Assembly: GCA_964481245.1 (NCBI GenBank)
Contig: CAYZUV010000001.1
Location: forward strand, 1-54,357
Direction: 5' to 3'
Source: an uncultured Pseudomonadales bacterium
Lineage (GTDB): Bacteria > Pseudomonadota > Gammaproteobacteria > Pseudomonadales > Azotimanducaceae
DNA length: 54,357 bases
The notes below the pieces were generated by a model, which did no database searches, was not told where the DNA came from, and saw nothing but the letters and a program-made list of their open reading frames with translations. Shown here piece after piece: positions 46,701 through 54,357 of this stretch. Numbering within the stretch: position 1 is the first letter of the stretch; each line of letters starts with the position of its first letter. The translations under genes were made by a program, and so were the position numbers.

Positions 46701-47356
46701 TGAACGCTGATGCCGGAACTGCGGCTGCTCAGGCGGACGAGGGCGTCTCGATCGTGATCGGAGACGTTGCGAATAGCTCAGGCAATGCTGGGATCGGTAT
46801 TACCGAGGAACAACTCGCAACGACACCTGGTGGTGATGATGCGGATTATGATTACCCTGCAGGCATCTTGGACTTCGAGGTTCAAGATCTTGCTGAGCCA
46901 GGTACTTCGTTCAGAATCGTGATCCCGCTTGCTGCTGCCGTCCCAGAGGGTGGTGTGCTCCGCAAATTCACGGAAGCCAACGGTTGGAATGACTTCGTGG
47001 TTGACGACAACAACGCAGTTGCCAGTGCGCTCGGCGAAGACGGCGCCTGTCCGGATCTTGGTTCCGAGCTTTACGTCGCGGGCTTGACAGCAGGAGACAC
47101 GTGTATGCAATTGACGTTGCAGGACGGTGGTCCGAACGATGCTGACGGTGAAGTGAATGGTTCTTACAAAGATCCAAGTGGTATTGCTGAAGCCACGCCT
47201 GTGCAAGTGGTTGAAATCAATGCGGACGGTTACAAGAGTCGTAAGAAAGTAGGTGGTGGTTGTTCGGTGGTCGAAGGCTCAGCCGATACAGGCCTCCTCG
47301 TCTTGTTACTACTTGGTTTGGCAGGGCTGCTGCGACGTCGATTCGTCGCAGCTTAA
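43745..47356 (+). CDS. 1203-aa surface protein: cohesin-like N-domain, HYR/Ig repeats, TSP3 repeats, Calx-beta, C-terminal Cys-containing sorting signal
   Basis: Signal peptide 'LIFAAAASGALAA'. Repeated 'V(V/A)DTT(G/A)P' HYR starts. 'DKDTDGDGIDD...DADGDGRSNLDEY' TSP3. Calx-beta 'GGTATVDEDYT...LNDELEGEGAE'. Tail 'GGGCSVVEGSADTGLLVLLLLGLAGLLRRRFVAA'. Confidence 0.8.
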   Translation: MFKSYQFFKNMVLSLIFAAAASGALAAEQKITTDPSNTDVKAGQTGIALALGYSSTDNEQTTGLGVKIFFDSTQVTFVSLASSAEVEDFIIGITETPDSISTDDKDLDGDPKTDKFANIAVSSFNGKFPGSGDWPESGPLPFATITFDLATTAQEDTITAINYVLDGAAGYDTAAESATITIKGDEIPPEITASATSVTIEAEGAYTPLSSEQLTEFLAGISASDNIQGDISSDLVATIDGDTAELLPVGDSIIQYDVKDSSGNAAESVQVTVTVVDTTGPTILGAVDVSFEATGPNGISSEDPTVTAFGDSVTALDLVSGEVEVIPTVGGEALPEYFPIGTTTVELSAQDASGNPTTGSLVVTVVDTTAPAIVSAAGLTLEATGPTGYTGTTDEVTAAIEVTDLVDPAPVVTLAEGVSTPFPLGVTSVAVTVTDSAGNAAQGTVPVTVADTTGPAFAGANTLILTVDEEVPVASSDERVAAWLEGISASDLVDGEVEFTYSALPAEFQVGETTVTFTASDAAGNTTKEEVIVLVAVGPSVKVAAAITVVSVDGEAVPASQPLIAAFIEAATATDFSGNTLDVTNDAPDSFAVGEETVVTFTAVDADERQGQNTSTVTIVAASGDKDTDGDGIDDLYEVEEGLDPNDAEDGEGDADGDGRSNLDEYLEGTDPNADDVKPVVTAPADVSADSTGLVTKVALGDATAEDVLDGELTATPDNPGPYAPGTYTITWSATDAAGNVGIDTQTVTVRPQVTTVPKLRTAEGKTVMLDVVLNGAAPAYPVEIPVTLGGTATVDEDYTVDAEVVTIAEGRKGMLTLTILNDELEGEGAETIEVMLVDPAANAVLGSAKMSTITIIEEAAPPVLKITVTQGDSKGKRVSAGGGAVSAMVSIVDPNGEHTIDWSGSNEGLESSTGTDTDTFTFDPSALEAGSYDLIAVVTDSGIADTTFTIGVTVQVTAEEVEADSDGDGIPDSKDTSDQGNVIALNADAGTAAAQADEGVSIVIGDVANSSGNAGIGITEEQLATTPGGDDADYDYPAGILDFEVQDLAEPGTSFRIVIPLAAAVPEGGVLRKFTEANGWNDFVVDDNNAVASALGEDGACPDLGSELYVAGLTAGDTCMQLTLQDGGPNDADGEVNGSYKDPSGIAEATPVQVVEINADGYKSRKKVGGGCSVVEGSADTGLLVLLLLGLAGLLRRRFVAA
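43823..44300 (+). other. cohesin-like beta-sandwich candidate at the adhesin N-terminus
   Basis: About 155 aa whose strand pattern recalls cohesins: 'VKAGQTGIALALGY...GLGVKIFFDSTQVTFVSL...FANIAVSSF...PFATITFDL...TITAINY...ATITIKG'. Resemblance by eye only. Confidence 0.3.
47252..47353 (+). other. C-terminal protein-sorting signal (GGGC motif, TM helix, Arg cluster)
   Basis: The tripartite 'GGGCS' / 'GLLVLLLLGLAGLL' / 'RRRF' lies at the extreme C-terminus, 16 nt upstream of a CPBP protease gene. Confidence 0.7.
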
Positions 47357-47372
47357 TTCCCTGGGGGTTGTC

Positions 47373-47837
47373 ATGGCGGGACGGCTTGCCGCAGCCATGT
47401 CACCTCAAGGTTTAGAAAAGAGCGCCCTCCTGGGCGCTTTTTGTTTTTATCTAGTCTTATTTTTTGGTTTTGATATTCAGCCTGACCTTCTGTGGTGGCT
47501 GAGGCAGCCCTTGAATGCGATGGTTCTGATCATTGTCTCGCCCGCATTAGAAGAGTGGATCTTCAGAGGTTGGTTGTTTGATCTGGTTCGGAATTGGAGC
47601 CAAACCCTTAAGCAGGAGCTTCTCAGTGAACGCCTCCTCTCTATCCAAAATGCCGTCACAACGAGTTGCTTCTGCGCACTCCACAGCGTGCTTCGTGACC
47701 CTCTCACGGGGCTGCTTGTCTTGGGCCCCTCACTGCTCCTTGGCTTCATGCGGGATCGTCAGGTCTCGTTACCTGTATTAATGATGATTCATGGAGTCTG
47801 GAATGCTGGTTGGTTCTTCTTTTACCCACCAGGTTAA
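47373..47837 (+). CDS. CPBP-family (CAAX-type) glutamic intramembrane protease, small form
   Basis: All three CPBP motifs are present: 'EEWIFR', 'FCALH', 'HGVWN'. About 4 TM helices, 154 aa. Confidence 0.8.
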   Translation: MAGRLAAAMSPQGLEKSALLGAFCFYLVLFFGFDIQPDLLWWLRQPLNAMVLIIVSPALEEWIFRGWLFDLVRNWSQTLKQELLSERLLSIQNAVTTSCFCALHSVLRDPLTGLLVLGPSLLLGFMRDRQVSLPVLMMIHGVWNAGWFFFYPPG

Positions 47838-48069
47838 TTTGGAGGAGATCTTGCCTCGGATTGACCCACTGATTTCAGAATCCAGCATAAACCTGGGCTG
47901 GGCACGCCCAAGATTGATCGGTGTTCGCTAAATCGAAGTTCAACGCGGCCATACTGAGACCCAGTAGGCCTGAGCGAAGCCGCGGGCTTTACACTCATCA
48001 GTGCCCATAGGCAATGCGAGTTTAATTTGTCACAATGAATCGTTTCAGGTCTCGTTTCAGGAGTGCGCT

Positions 48070-50271
48070 ATGACTCGGTTTTTCTCATCATCACTGCTCT
48101 TCAGTATCGTGTTGGGCAGTGGTGCGGCACTCGCCGCGATCTCGCCAGGACAGCAAGTTGCTCTCCAAGAAAGTCTTGAGGCGGGTGACGGTGCTGGCGT
48201 GACGCTGGCCACCAATCGCATTCTGTCTAGTGGGTTATCGGCTAACGATGTTGGAGCCCTTGAGCAAATCGCATCCTTCCTATCTGAGGCGGGCTATCGA
48301 GATGCAGCTGGCGGTATTCTGGTCAGAGCCGCCGAATTGGTTGACGCACCCAATACAGAAAGCGACCGAGAAACATTGGTGCGTATCGCCGAGGCTTTGC
48401 AGGCGATCAATTTACGCTCGACAGCTCAAACTGTCGCGACCCGGGGTATTAAGGTTACGGGGAAATCACAAAGCGATCAGCTTAATGCGCAAGGTTATCA
48501 ATTACTGGGTGATCTAGCGTTTGAAAACGGTGACCTTGATGCCGCCTCTGAAGCTTATGCGAATGCTTCTGCCAGTCAAACCGCGAGCCTCCCCACGGAT
48601 TTGCTGGTAAGGCAAATTAAATTAGCCGCTAGTCAGGGAAATCGAGCTGAGATCCGTTCAGGTCTTGGTCGTCTTAATGCACGCCTAGTGGTGGAAGTGT
48701 CTACATCTCATTTGCTGGACGTGGCCGCCGCTTTGGTGAACTCCGGTGAGCGCGAGTTTCTTCCAGATGCGCTCTTGCTGATCGAGCGGGCAAGCGCCCA
48801 AGGCGACGCTGGAAATCTTGCCGAGCGGGCGGAGCTCGCACTACTCCGGAGTCAAATATCAGAGGGAATGGGTCAAACGACAGAGGGCCTCAAACAGGCG
48901 CGCGCGGCGCTTGCAGATCTTGGTGATAATGCTTCTCCTGGGCTTGCTTATCGCGTGTATTGGCAGATCGCGCGTCTTCAGAAAGCGTCTGGGGATTTGA
49001 CTGCTTCGATCAAAAATTACGAACGGGCGATAGCGAAGCTTGACGCAATTCGTGGCGTTCTATTGCAAGGCAGTACGCTTGTTTTCAGAGAGAGGGTACT
49101 GCCGGTCTATCAAGAATATTTGGATTTATTGCTTGCGGAGGCTGATCGGCCCAGTGCTAGAGAGGTTTCCTTAGCAAAGGTACAAGCAACGTTAGAAGCG
49201 CTTAGCGCGTCCGAAATTCTCGACTACTTTGATGACAACTGTGTCCTACCACAGAACACGATGAGCCTTACGGATGTTCCCAACGGTACGGCTGTCGTGT
49301 ACTCAGTCACAGTCTCCGAGAAGCCGGTTGTTTTGGTTCGTTCTTCTAGTGGGCTCTACCGATTCGCCACAGGCTCAACCGCATCTGATTTGGAGCGCAT
49401 GGCGCTTGCCTTCAGGGAAAGTATTACCAATCCCGGCACATCTGAGGCGGTGTATCTGAACCAGGCCCAGACGCTTTATCAAAGTCTGCTTGGTGAGGCG
49501 GGTCCTTTTCTTAAAGACGAGGGCATAAAACGCATCATCAGCGTGCCTTCAAGTTATCTTCGACTCATTCCTATGGCTGCACTGCATGACGGCGATTCTT
49601 ATCTCTTAAATCAGTACGAATGGTCGACCACGTTGGGGCTCGGTTTGACCGACGCGTCATCGTTTAAAGCATCGCGAACCAGCGCCTTTTTGGGCGGTGT
49701 TTCTGATGCCGTCCAAGGGTTTGAGGCATTACCCGGGGTCGAGACGGAATTGGCGGGCCTGCGAACCGCGTTGCAAAGTGAGCCGCTTCTCAACGAGCGT
49801 TTTTCAGTTGCAGACGTGACGCGACGGTTGGCCGAAGGGGAGTTCGGCATCGTTCACCTAGCGACCCACGGTTATTTCGATGGGGATCATGCGAATTCGT
49901 TCCTGCTTGCCCATGATGACAAGATCACCCTGGATCGACTCCAGAGCACTGTTGGAGCAAGACGGTTCTCTGGAGACGCCTTGGATTTATTGGTGTTAAG
50001 TGCATGTGAAACCGCCAAGGGCGATGAGCGCGCGGCACTGGGTCTCGCTGGTGTTTCGCTCAAAGCGGGTGCTCGAAGCACGCTGGCTTCGCTTTGGCCC
50101 ATTGCCGATGAGGCAACAGCAAAACTGATGAAAACCTTTTACGAGGGACTGCAAGCGGGAGAAACCAAAGCACGAGCGCTGCAGCTTGCGCAACAATCAC
50201 TCTTGTCTGATCCGGAATGGGCGCATCCGAATTATTGGAGCCCCTATCTGATGATTGGCAATGCGCAGTAA
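48070..50271 (+). CDS. exported TPR-like / CHAT-domain protease-fold protein
   Basis: Signal peptide 'LLFSIVLGSGAALAA', helical-repeat N-half, CHAT C-half with His 'VHLATHG' and Cys 'VLSACETA' and 'ASLWPIAD'. RBS AGGAG lies 6 nt before the ATG. Confidence 0.85.
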   Translation: MTRFFSSSLLFSIVLGSGAALAAISPGQQVALQESLEAGDGAGVTLATNRILSSGLSANDVGALEQIASFLSEAGYRDAAGGILVRAAELVDAPNTESDRETLVRIAEALQAINLRSTAQTVATRGIKVTGKSQSDQLNAQGYQLLGDLAFENGDLDAASEAYANASASQTASLPTDLLVRQIKLAASQGNRAEIRSGLGRLNARLVVEVSTSHLLDVAAALVNSGEREFLPDALLLIERASAQGDAGNLAERAELALLRSQISEGMGQTTEGLKQARAALADLGDNASPGLAYRVYWQIARLQKASGDLTASIKNYERAIAKLDAIRGVLLQGSTLVFRERVLPVYQEYLDLLLAEADRPSAREVSLAKVQATLEALSASEILDYFDDNCVLPQNTMSLTDVPNGTAVVYSVTVSEKPVVLVRSSSGLYRFATGSTASDLERMALAFRESITNPGTSEAVYLNQAQTLYQSLLGEAGPFLKDEGIKRIISVPSSYLRLIPMAALHDGDSYLLNQYEWSTTLGLGLTDASSFKASRTSAFLGGVSDAVQGFEALPGVETELAGLRTALQSEPLLNERFSVADVTRRLAEGEFGIVHLATHGYFDGDHANSFLLAHDDKITLDRLQSTVGARRFSGDALDLLVLSACETAKGDERAALGLAGVSLKAGARSTLASLWPIADEATAKLMKTFYEGLQAGETKARALQLAQQSLLSDPEWAHPNYWSPYLMIGNAQ

Positions 50272-50281
50272 GGGGATGATC

Positions 50282-51832
50282 ATGACGATATTTAAAACAT
50301 TATTGGTTCTCCTCCTCACGCTCATTGCGCACACGATCAAGGCTGACGCTATGGTGGATGGCGTGGTGCTAAAACGTGTGGAGTTCAGTGGTGCAACTGT
50401 TTTTTCGAATCGAGATTTACAGACCGCCCTCCCAGTGAATGAGGGCGATCGCGTCTACGCTGAAGATATATTGGCCATGGTCGATGCGATTACAGCGCTC
50501 TATCAAAATGCCGGTTATATCACCTCGGGTGCAACGCTAAGCAACCAAGATGTGAGCGATGGCATTATTCGAATCCAGGTGATTGAAGGGCAGTTGACGG
50601 ATATTTCCCTTAGCACCACAGGCAGGTTGAGTGATGCATTCGTCCGAGGCAAGGTGAAGGCCAGCACCTCCGGCCCCGTCAAGCTGGCGGATTTACAACG
50701 AGCCATCAGCCGCCTTGAAAGGGAAGACACCATTAGCCACGTGAAGGGTTCCTTAAAACCGGGCACCGAGCGTGGCCAATCTGTTTTAGATCTGGAAGTG
50801 GTCGAAGCTGATGCGTTTTCATTAACGATTGGCGGCAATAATTATCGCAGTCCCAGTGTGGGCGAAGGGCAGGCCGAAGTGGCGCTCGAGCACCTCAACC
50901 TGCTCGGTAGGGGAGATCGACTTAACGTGGGCTATCAAGACACCGATGGCGTGGATGCTTATTCGGTCCGTTATGACTTGCCGCTGCTTCGGCTGAATTC
51001 TCGGCTGGCGGTCTTCCACGCCAAAGGTGACACCCTGGTCGTTGAAGAGCCGTTTGACGAAATTGCGCTCGAGAGTGAGACCGACACCACGGGTTTCCAG
51101 TTAACAAGCGCCTGGAAAGATACCGGCACGCATCGCTTCTCGAGCATTATCGGCTATGAGCAAAAAGAGAGCATGACCACACTCCTAGGGATGCCATTTG
51201 ATTTCTCTCCCGGGTCTCGAGGGGGCGTTACGGAAGCCTCGGTTTGGAGCCTGGGCGTTGAATGGGCGAGGAGCGGCGATAACAGTGGTTTTGCGCTGCG
51301 ACTCACTGGCCGAATGGGCAGTGATGAAAATGATGCGCCCAATCCGCAGGGGGTTGATGGCGATTTCAGCGTGTTTCGTTTGCAGAGCCAATACGTGCAT
51401 CGCATAGACGAAGCTTGGCAACTGAATTTTGGTCTGAGTGTTCAGGAAACCGGTGACACCCTGCCAGCCTTCGAGCGAATCGCGCTCGGAGGGCACGATA
51501 CGGTCAGGGGCTACCGTGAGAACCAGCTGCTTAAAGACTCAGGCGTCCTGTTCAATGCGGGTATGACGCTCGCGCTTCTTCAACCCGACGCACCACGGTC
51601 CCTCGGGGTGAAAGGGCACCTCTTCTATGACTATGGCCGAGGCGAGAACAGCGAAGTATCACTGAATGTTGACACGAAAGGCGACATCAGCAGTGTCGGC
51701 GTGGGGATTACGGCGACGTATGCCGGACTGACATTCAGGCTGCAAAAGGCACATCGGCTGGGCGACAAGTCCACGCTGGGTGATACGTTTCAGGACAATG
51801 GTATTCATTTGGGGGTGAGCTATGAATTCTAA
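50282..51832 (+). CDS. ShlB/FhaC/HecB-family two-partner secretion transporter (TpsB)
   Basis: Signal peptide, POTRA 'LKRVEFSGATVFSNRDLQ', 16-strand barrel-like C-half 'RGYRENQL', terminal 'VSYEF'. Confidence 0.85.
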   Translation: MTIFKTLLVLLLTLIAHTIKADAMVDGVVLKRVEFSGATVFSNRDLQTALPVNEGDRVYAEDILAMVDAITALYQNAGYITSGATLSNQDVSDGIIRIQVIEGQLTDISLSTTGRLSDAFVRGKVKASTSGPVKLADLQRAISRLEREDTISHVKGSLKPGTERGQSVLDLEVVEADAFSLTIGGNNYRSPSVGEGQAEVALEHLNLLGRGDRLNVGYQDTDGVDAYSVRYDLPLLRLNSRLAVFHAKGDTLVVEEPFDEIALESETDTTGFQLTSAWKDTGTHRFSSIIGYEQKESMTTLLGMPFDFSPGSRGGVTEASVWSLGVEWARSGDNSGFALRLTGRMGSDENDAPNPQGVDGDFSVFRLQSQYVHRIDEAWQLNFGLSVQETGDTLPAFERIALGGHDTVRGYRENQLLKDSGVLFNAGMTLALLQPDAPRSLGVKGHLFYDYGRGENSEVSLNVDTKGDISSVGVGITATYAGLTFRLQKAHRLGDKSTLGDTFQDNGIHLGVSYEF

Positions 51833-54200
51833 ATGGCAGTTAAAAGCGGCTTTGCTTGGTTGCCTAGCGGCAACGCCCCTTCATGCGGAAATCACGCTGC
51901 AAGACACTGGGCAGACCCTGACCGGGGATATGCAAATCACCCAAGAGATGGGCATAACAAAAGGCACCAACCTGCTGCATAGTTTTCTCGCCTTTAACAT
52001 TGATGCTGGCGAGTCTGCGACCTTCTCTGGAAGCAATAGCATCACCAACATCATTGCGCGGGTAACTGGCGACTCAGCGAGTCAGATTGATGGTCTTTTG
52101 CGCTCCACCATTTCGGATGCGAACCTATTTTTGATTAACCCGAATGGCATCGCCTTTGGCGAAGGGGCTAGCATCGATATTAACGGTAGCTTGCATTTGT
52201 CAACGGCCAACAGCATCACCTTTGCAGATGACTCAGTGCTGTTGGTCTCTGATACCGGAGCATCTGGGCTTACCACGGCTGCACCTTCTGCTTTTGGGTT
52301 TGGTGAGGCGAGTGCCGGCATCACGTTTAATGGCACCCAGATCTCCGTTGAAGATGGCGATAATCTTGATGCGATCTCACTGATTGGCGGCGACGTCACA
52401 TTGACTGAGAGCTCGATCAGCCTCTCAGGTGGTGATATCGAAATCGTAGCCACCATGGGTGAAACCATGGTCTCGCTTGAGCAGGCAGCGCGCGATTACT
52501 CGATGATCTCACTAGGCGACATTACCGTCAGTAACGAGGCAGCCGACGGTAACAAAATTGATTTGGATGCCAGCGGCGAGTCCGCCGGTGCGATCCATTT
52601 AGCGGGCGATACGGTCACCCTCGATGCTGCGTTTGTGTTTTCAGACACCCAAGGCGTAGGGACTGGCGGAATGCTTGAAGTGGTCGCGGAAACCGAACTC
52701 GTCATGAGCAATGGCGCGCGCATCACGACCGATACCACCGACGGCGGCATCGGCGGCGACGTGAATATTAATGCAGGGTTGGTTTCAATGATTGGTAAGA
52801 ACACTGCGATTGCAGCGAGCACCGTTGAGGCAGGCGGTGCGGCGGGTGAAATCATGATCACGGCTGATGCCATCAGCATTGAAGATCAAGCCCAAATTAG
52901 TTCGGTTTCAAGTACTACTTCCGATGGTGGTGACATTACTTTGAATACGGGCACATTAGTATTGGCCTCTGGGGGGCAAATAACTGGCCAGGCAGCCTCT
53001 CGAGGGGACGGAGCGAACGTAACTATTGTCGCGTCTCAGAGTGTAAGCATCGATGCGACTGGTCTGGCCGCAGGAGATGCTTCAGGTATTCGAGTTGATA
53101 GTATTAATTTCTTGCCGTTTTTTACCGGTGGTGATGCGGGCGATATCACAATTACTAGCCCAAAGCTGACGCTTACAGGGGGAGCTGTAATTACAGCAGA
53201 AGCCATTTTGCCGTCTTCAGGCGCACCTGGCGCGATTACACTGAATGTGGACGATTTGAATATTCAGAGCGGTAGCACGGTATCAACGTTGACGGCTTCG
53301 AATGCGGATGCAGGCGCAATCACCATCAATGCGAACACTATCGATCTAGCGGGTGCCGGTTCTGGACTCAACTCCACCGCACGTCGAGGCGGTCAGGGTG
53401 GCAGCATTATTATTAACGCAGCTGAACTCGCTATGTCGGGTGGGGCTGTGGCAGACACTTCAACCGAAGCGGAGGGCGGCGCGGGTGAGATTGTGATCAA
53501 TCTCAGTGGCGGCTTTGTTTTGACGGGCAGCGGTACGACTCTCGCGAGCCAAAGTTCGGACGCGGGTCTCGGGGGCTCAATCTCTGTTGCGGCTGAGACC
53601 ATTCAATTCCTCGACAACGGCGTGCTCAGCGTGACGGCAAATGGCGGCGGCGACGCGGGCAATATCACACTCGCGGCGACAGACCGGCTCCACATTTTTG
53701 ATGGCGCCGAAGTTCAAACCAACGCGGTGAATTCCGGTGGCGGTAATATCACGATCGAAGTCATCGATACGATCTATCTGCGTGATGCTACGCTCACCGC
53801 CTCAGCGGGCGGCAGCGAAGCTGGCGACAACGGTGGGAATATCTTTATTGACCCCATCTTTTTAATTCTCGATAACGCGTCGATCGTGGCTCAAGCCTTC
53901 GCGGGTAACGGGGGCATCATTGAGCTGATCTCTGAAAACTACATTGCGGACATTAATAGTTACCTCGATGCCTCGAGTGAACTGGGTAATGATGGCGAGG
54001 TCAGAATTACGTCTCTTGATAACAGCGTCACTGGCGTACTTGGAGTGCTCAGCGCTGACTTCGATGCGGTTTCAGATATTTCGGGTGATGCGTGTTCTGC
54101 TAGGAATGCTGCGAATCGAAGTAGCCTTATGATAGATCAGCCGATGGGTCGGCTTTCTGCTCCTGGTGATCTGAGAGCTCCCGCCGGAGAAGATTGTTGA
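51822..54200 (+). CDS. TPS-domain (filamentous hemagglutinin N-terminal) beta-helix exoprotein, short TpsA-like
   Basis: Signal peptide. TPS motifs 'NLLHSF..FNI', 'NIIARVTG...SQIDG' and 'LFLINPNGIAFG'. Gly/Asn/Thr-rich beta-helix repeats. It overlaps the tpsB end by 11 nt. Confidence 0.85.
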   Translation: MNSKWQLKAALLGCLAATPLHAEITLQDTGQTLTGDMQITQEMGITKGTNLLHSFLAFNIDAGESATFSGSNSITNIIARVTGDSASQIDGLLRSTISDANLFLINPNGIAFGEGASIDINGSLHLSTANSITFADDSVLLVSDTGASGLTTAAPSAFGFGEASAGITFNGTQISVEDGDNLDAISLIGGDVTLTESSISLSGGDIEIVATMGETMVSLEQAARDYSMISLGDITVSNEAADGNKIDLDASGESAGAIHLAGDTVTLDAAFVFSDTQGVGTGGMLEVVAETELVMSNGARITTDTTDGGIGGDVNINAGLVSMIGKNTAIAASTVEAGGAAGEIMITADAISIEDQAQISSVSSTTSDGGDITLNTGTLVLASGGQITGQAASRGDGANVTIVASQSVSIDATGLAAGDASGIRVDSINFLPFFTGGDAGDITITSPKLTLTGGAVITAEAILPSSGAPGAITLNVDDLNIQSGSTVSTLTASNADAGAITINANTIDLAGAGSGLNSTARRGGQGGSIIINAAELAMSGGAVADTSTEAEGGAGEIVINLSGGFVLTGSGTTLASQSSDAGLGGSISVAAETIQFLDNGVLSVTANGGGDAGNITLAATDRLHIFDGAEVQTNAVNSGGGNITIEVIDTIYLRDATLTASAGGSEAGDNGGNIFIDPIFLILDNASIVAQAFAGNGGIIELISENYIADINSYLDASSELGNDGEVRITSLDNSVTGVLGVLSADFDAVSDISGDACSARNAANRSSLMIDQPMGRLSAPGDLRAPAGEDC

Positions 54201-54234
54201 GCAGCGGGACCTAATTTCGGGGTTTTTTGAATCG

Positions 54235-54357
54235 ATGTTTGTCTTTAGGAATCTAAGATCCTCTTTGATTTTGCTAACGTCTATGTTGATCCTCAGCACC
54301 GCAGTTCAGGCTGAGGATCAATATGAATCGAATGACTCCATCGCAGAGGCTACCTAT
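54235..54357 (+). CDS. 5' fragment of a secreted protein (runs off the window)
   Basis: The ATG at 54235 opens 41 codons to the window edge: 'MFVFRNLRSSLILLTSMLILSTAVQA' signal peptide, then 'EDQYESNDSIAEATY', which resembles the start of PPC/pre-peptidase-type domains. Confidence 0.4.
   Translation, partial: MFVFRNLRSSLILLTSMLILSTAVQAEDQYESNDSIAEATY

Noticed and set aside
1-54357. The window, or its right third, as a horizontally acquired mobile island, a prophage, or a CRISPR or defence locus.
   Set aside because: I found no integrase, transposase, phage structural genes, flanking direct repeats, CRISPR repeats or recognisable defence enzymes. The CHAT and caspase proteins carry signal peptides, unlike the cytoplasmic CHAT proteases linked to CRISPR or abortive-infection systems.

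Overview
This 54.4-kb segment looks chromosomal and comes from a sulfur-oxidising proteobacterium. A marine gammaproteobacterial origin is my inference from gene content only. I saw no rRNA, CRISPR array, transposase, integrase or reverse transcriptase. Left part (1-10.3 kb): ABC exporter tail, DUF1853, esterase, an oxidoreductase-SelD fusion, P450, a tRNA-Sec (selC) that the ORF track cannot show, gloA, a cupin, a minimal class III cyclase, a FadL-type porin and an ArsR regulator. Middle (10.9-20.8 kb): a complete soxC-D-X-Y-Z-A-(small ORF)-B thiosulfate-oxidation cluster, then a DsrE-like gene, a split YeeE/YedE pair, an atypical MBL-fold protein and a thioredoxin-like protein. A 1.1-kb ORF-poor gap with a strand-specific terminator follows. 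Next come SDR and kinase genes, a TlpA-DUF4266-DUF3570-ApbE cassette, a secreted CxxCH/TSP3/dockerin-like protein, SDR, Rieske oxygenase, an exported Sel1-caspase next to a minimal autotransporter, ADH and a PNPOx-like gene. Right part (37.7-54.4 kb) is one co-directional block of exported or surface proteins. It encodes a 1602-aa double-zincin protease with a C-type lectin and dockerin-like pair, a coupled lipoprotein, and a 1203-aa HYR/Calx-beta adhesin. The adhesin has a cohesin-like N-terminus and a Cys-containing C-terminal sorting signal, and a small CPBP intramembrane protease gene follows it directly. The block ends with a CHAT protease, TpsB and TpsA-like operon. The best candidates for undescribed biology are the putative cohesin/dockerin surface-display locus with its CPBP sorting pair, the exported caspase-fold proteases paired with outer-membrane barrels, and the ApbE cassette whose barrel protein carries two SGAS flavinylation-like motifs. 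All calls are from reading motifs by eye. No searches were run.
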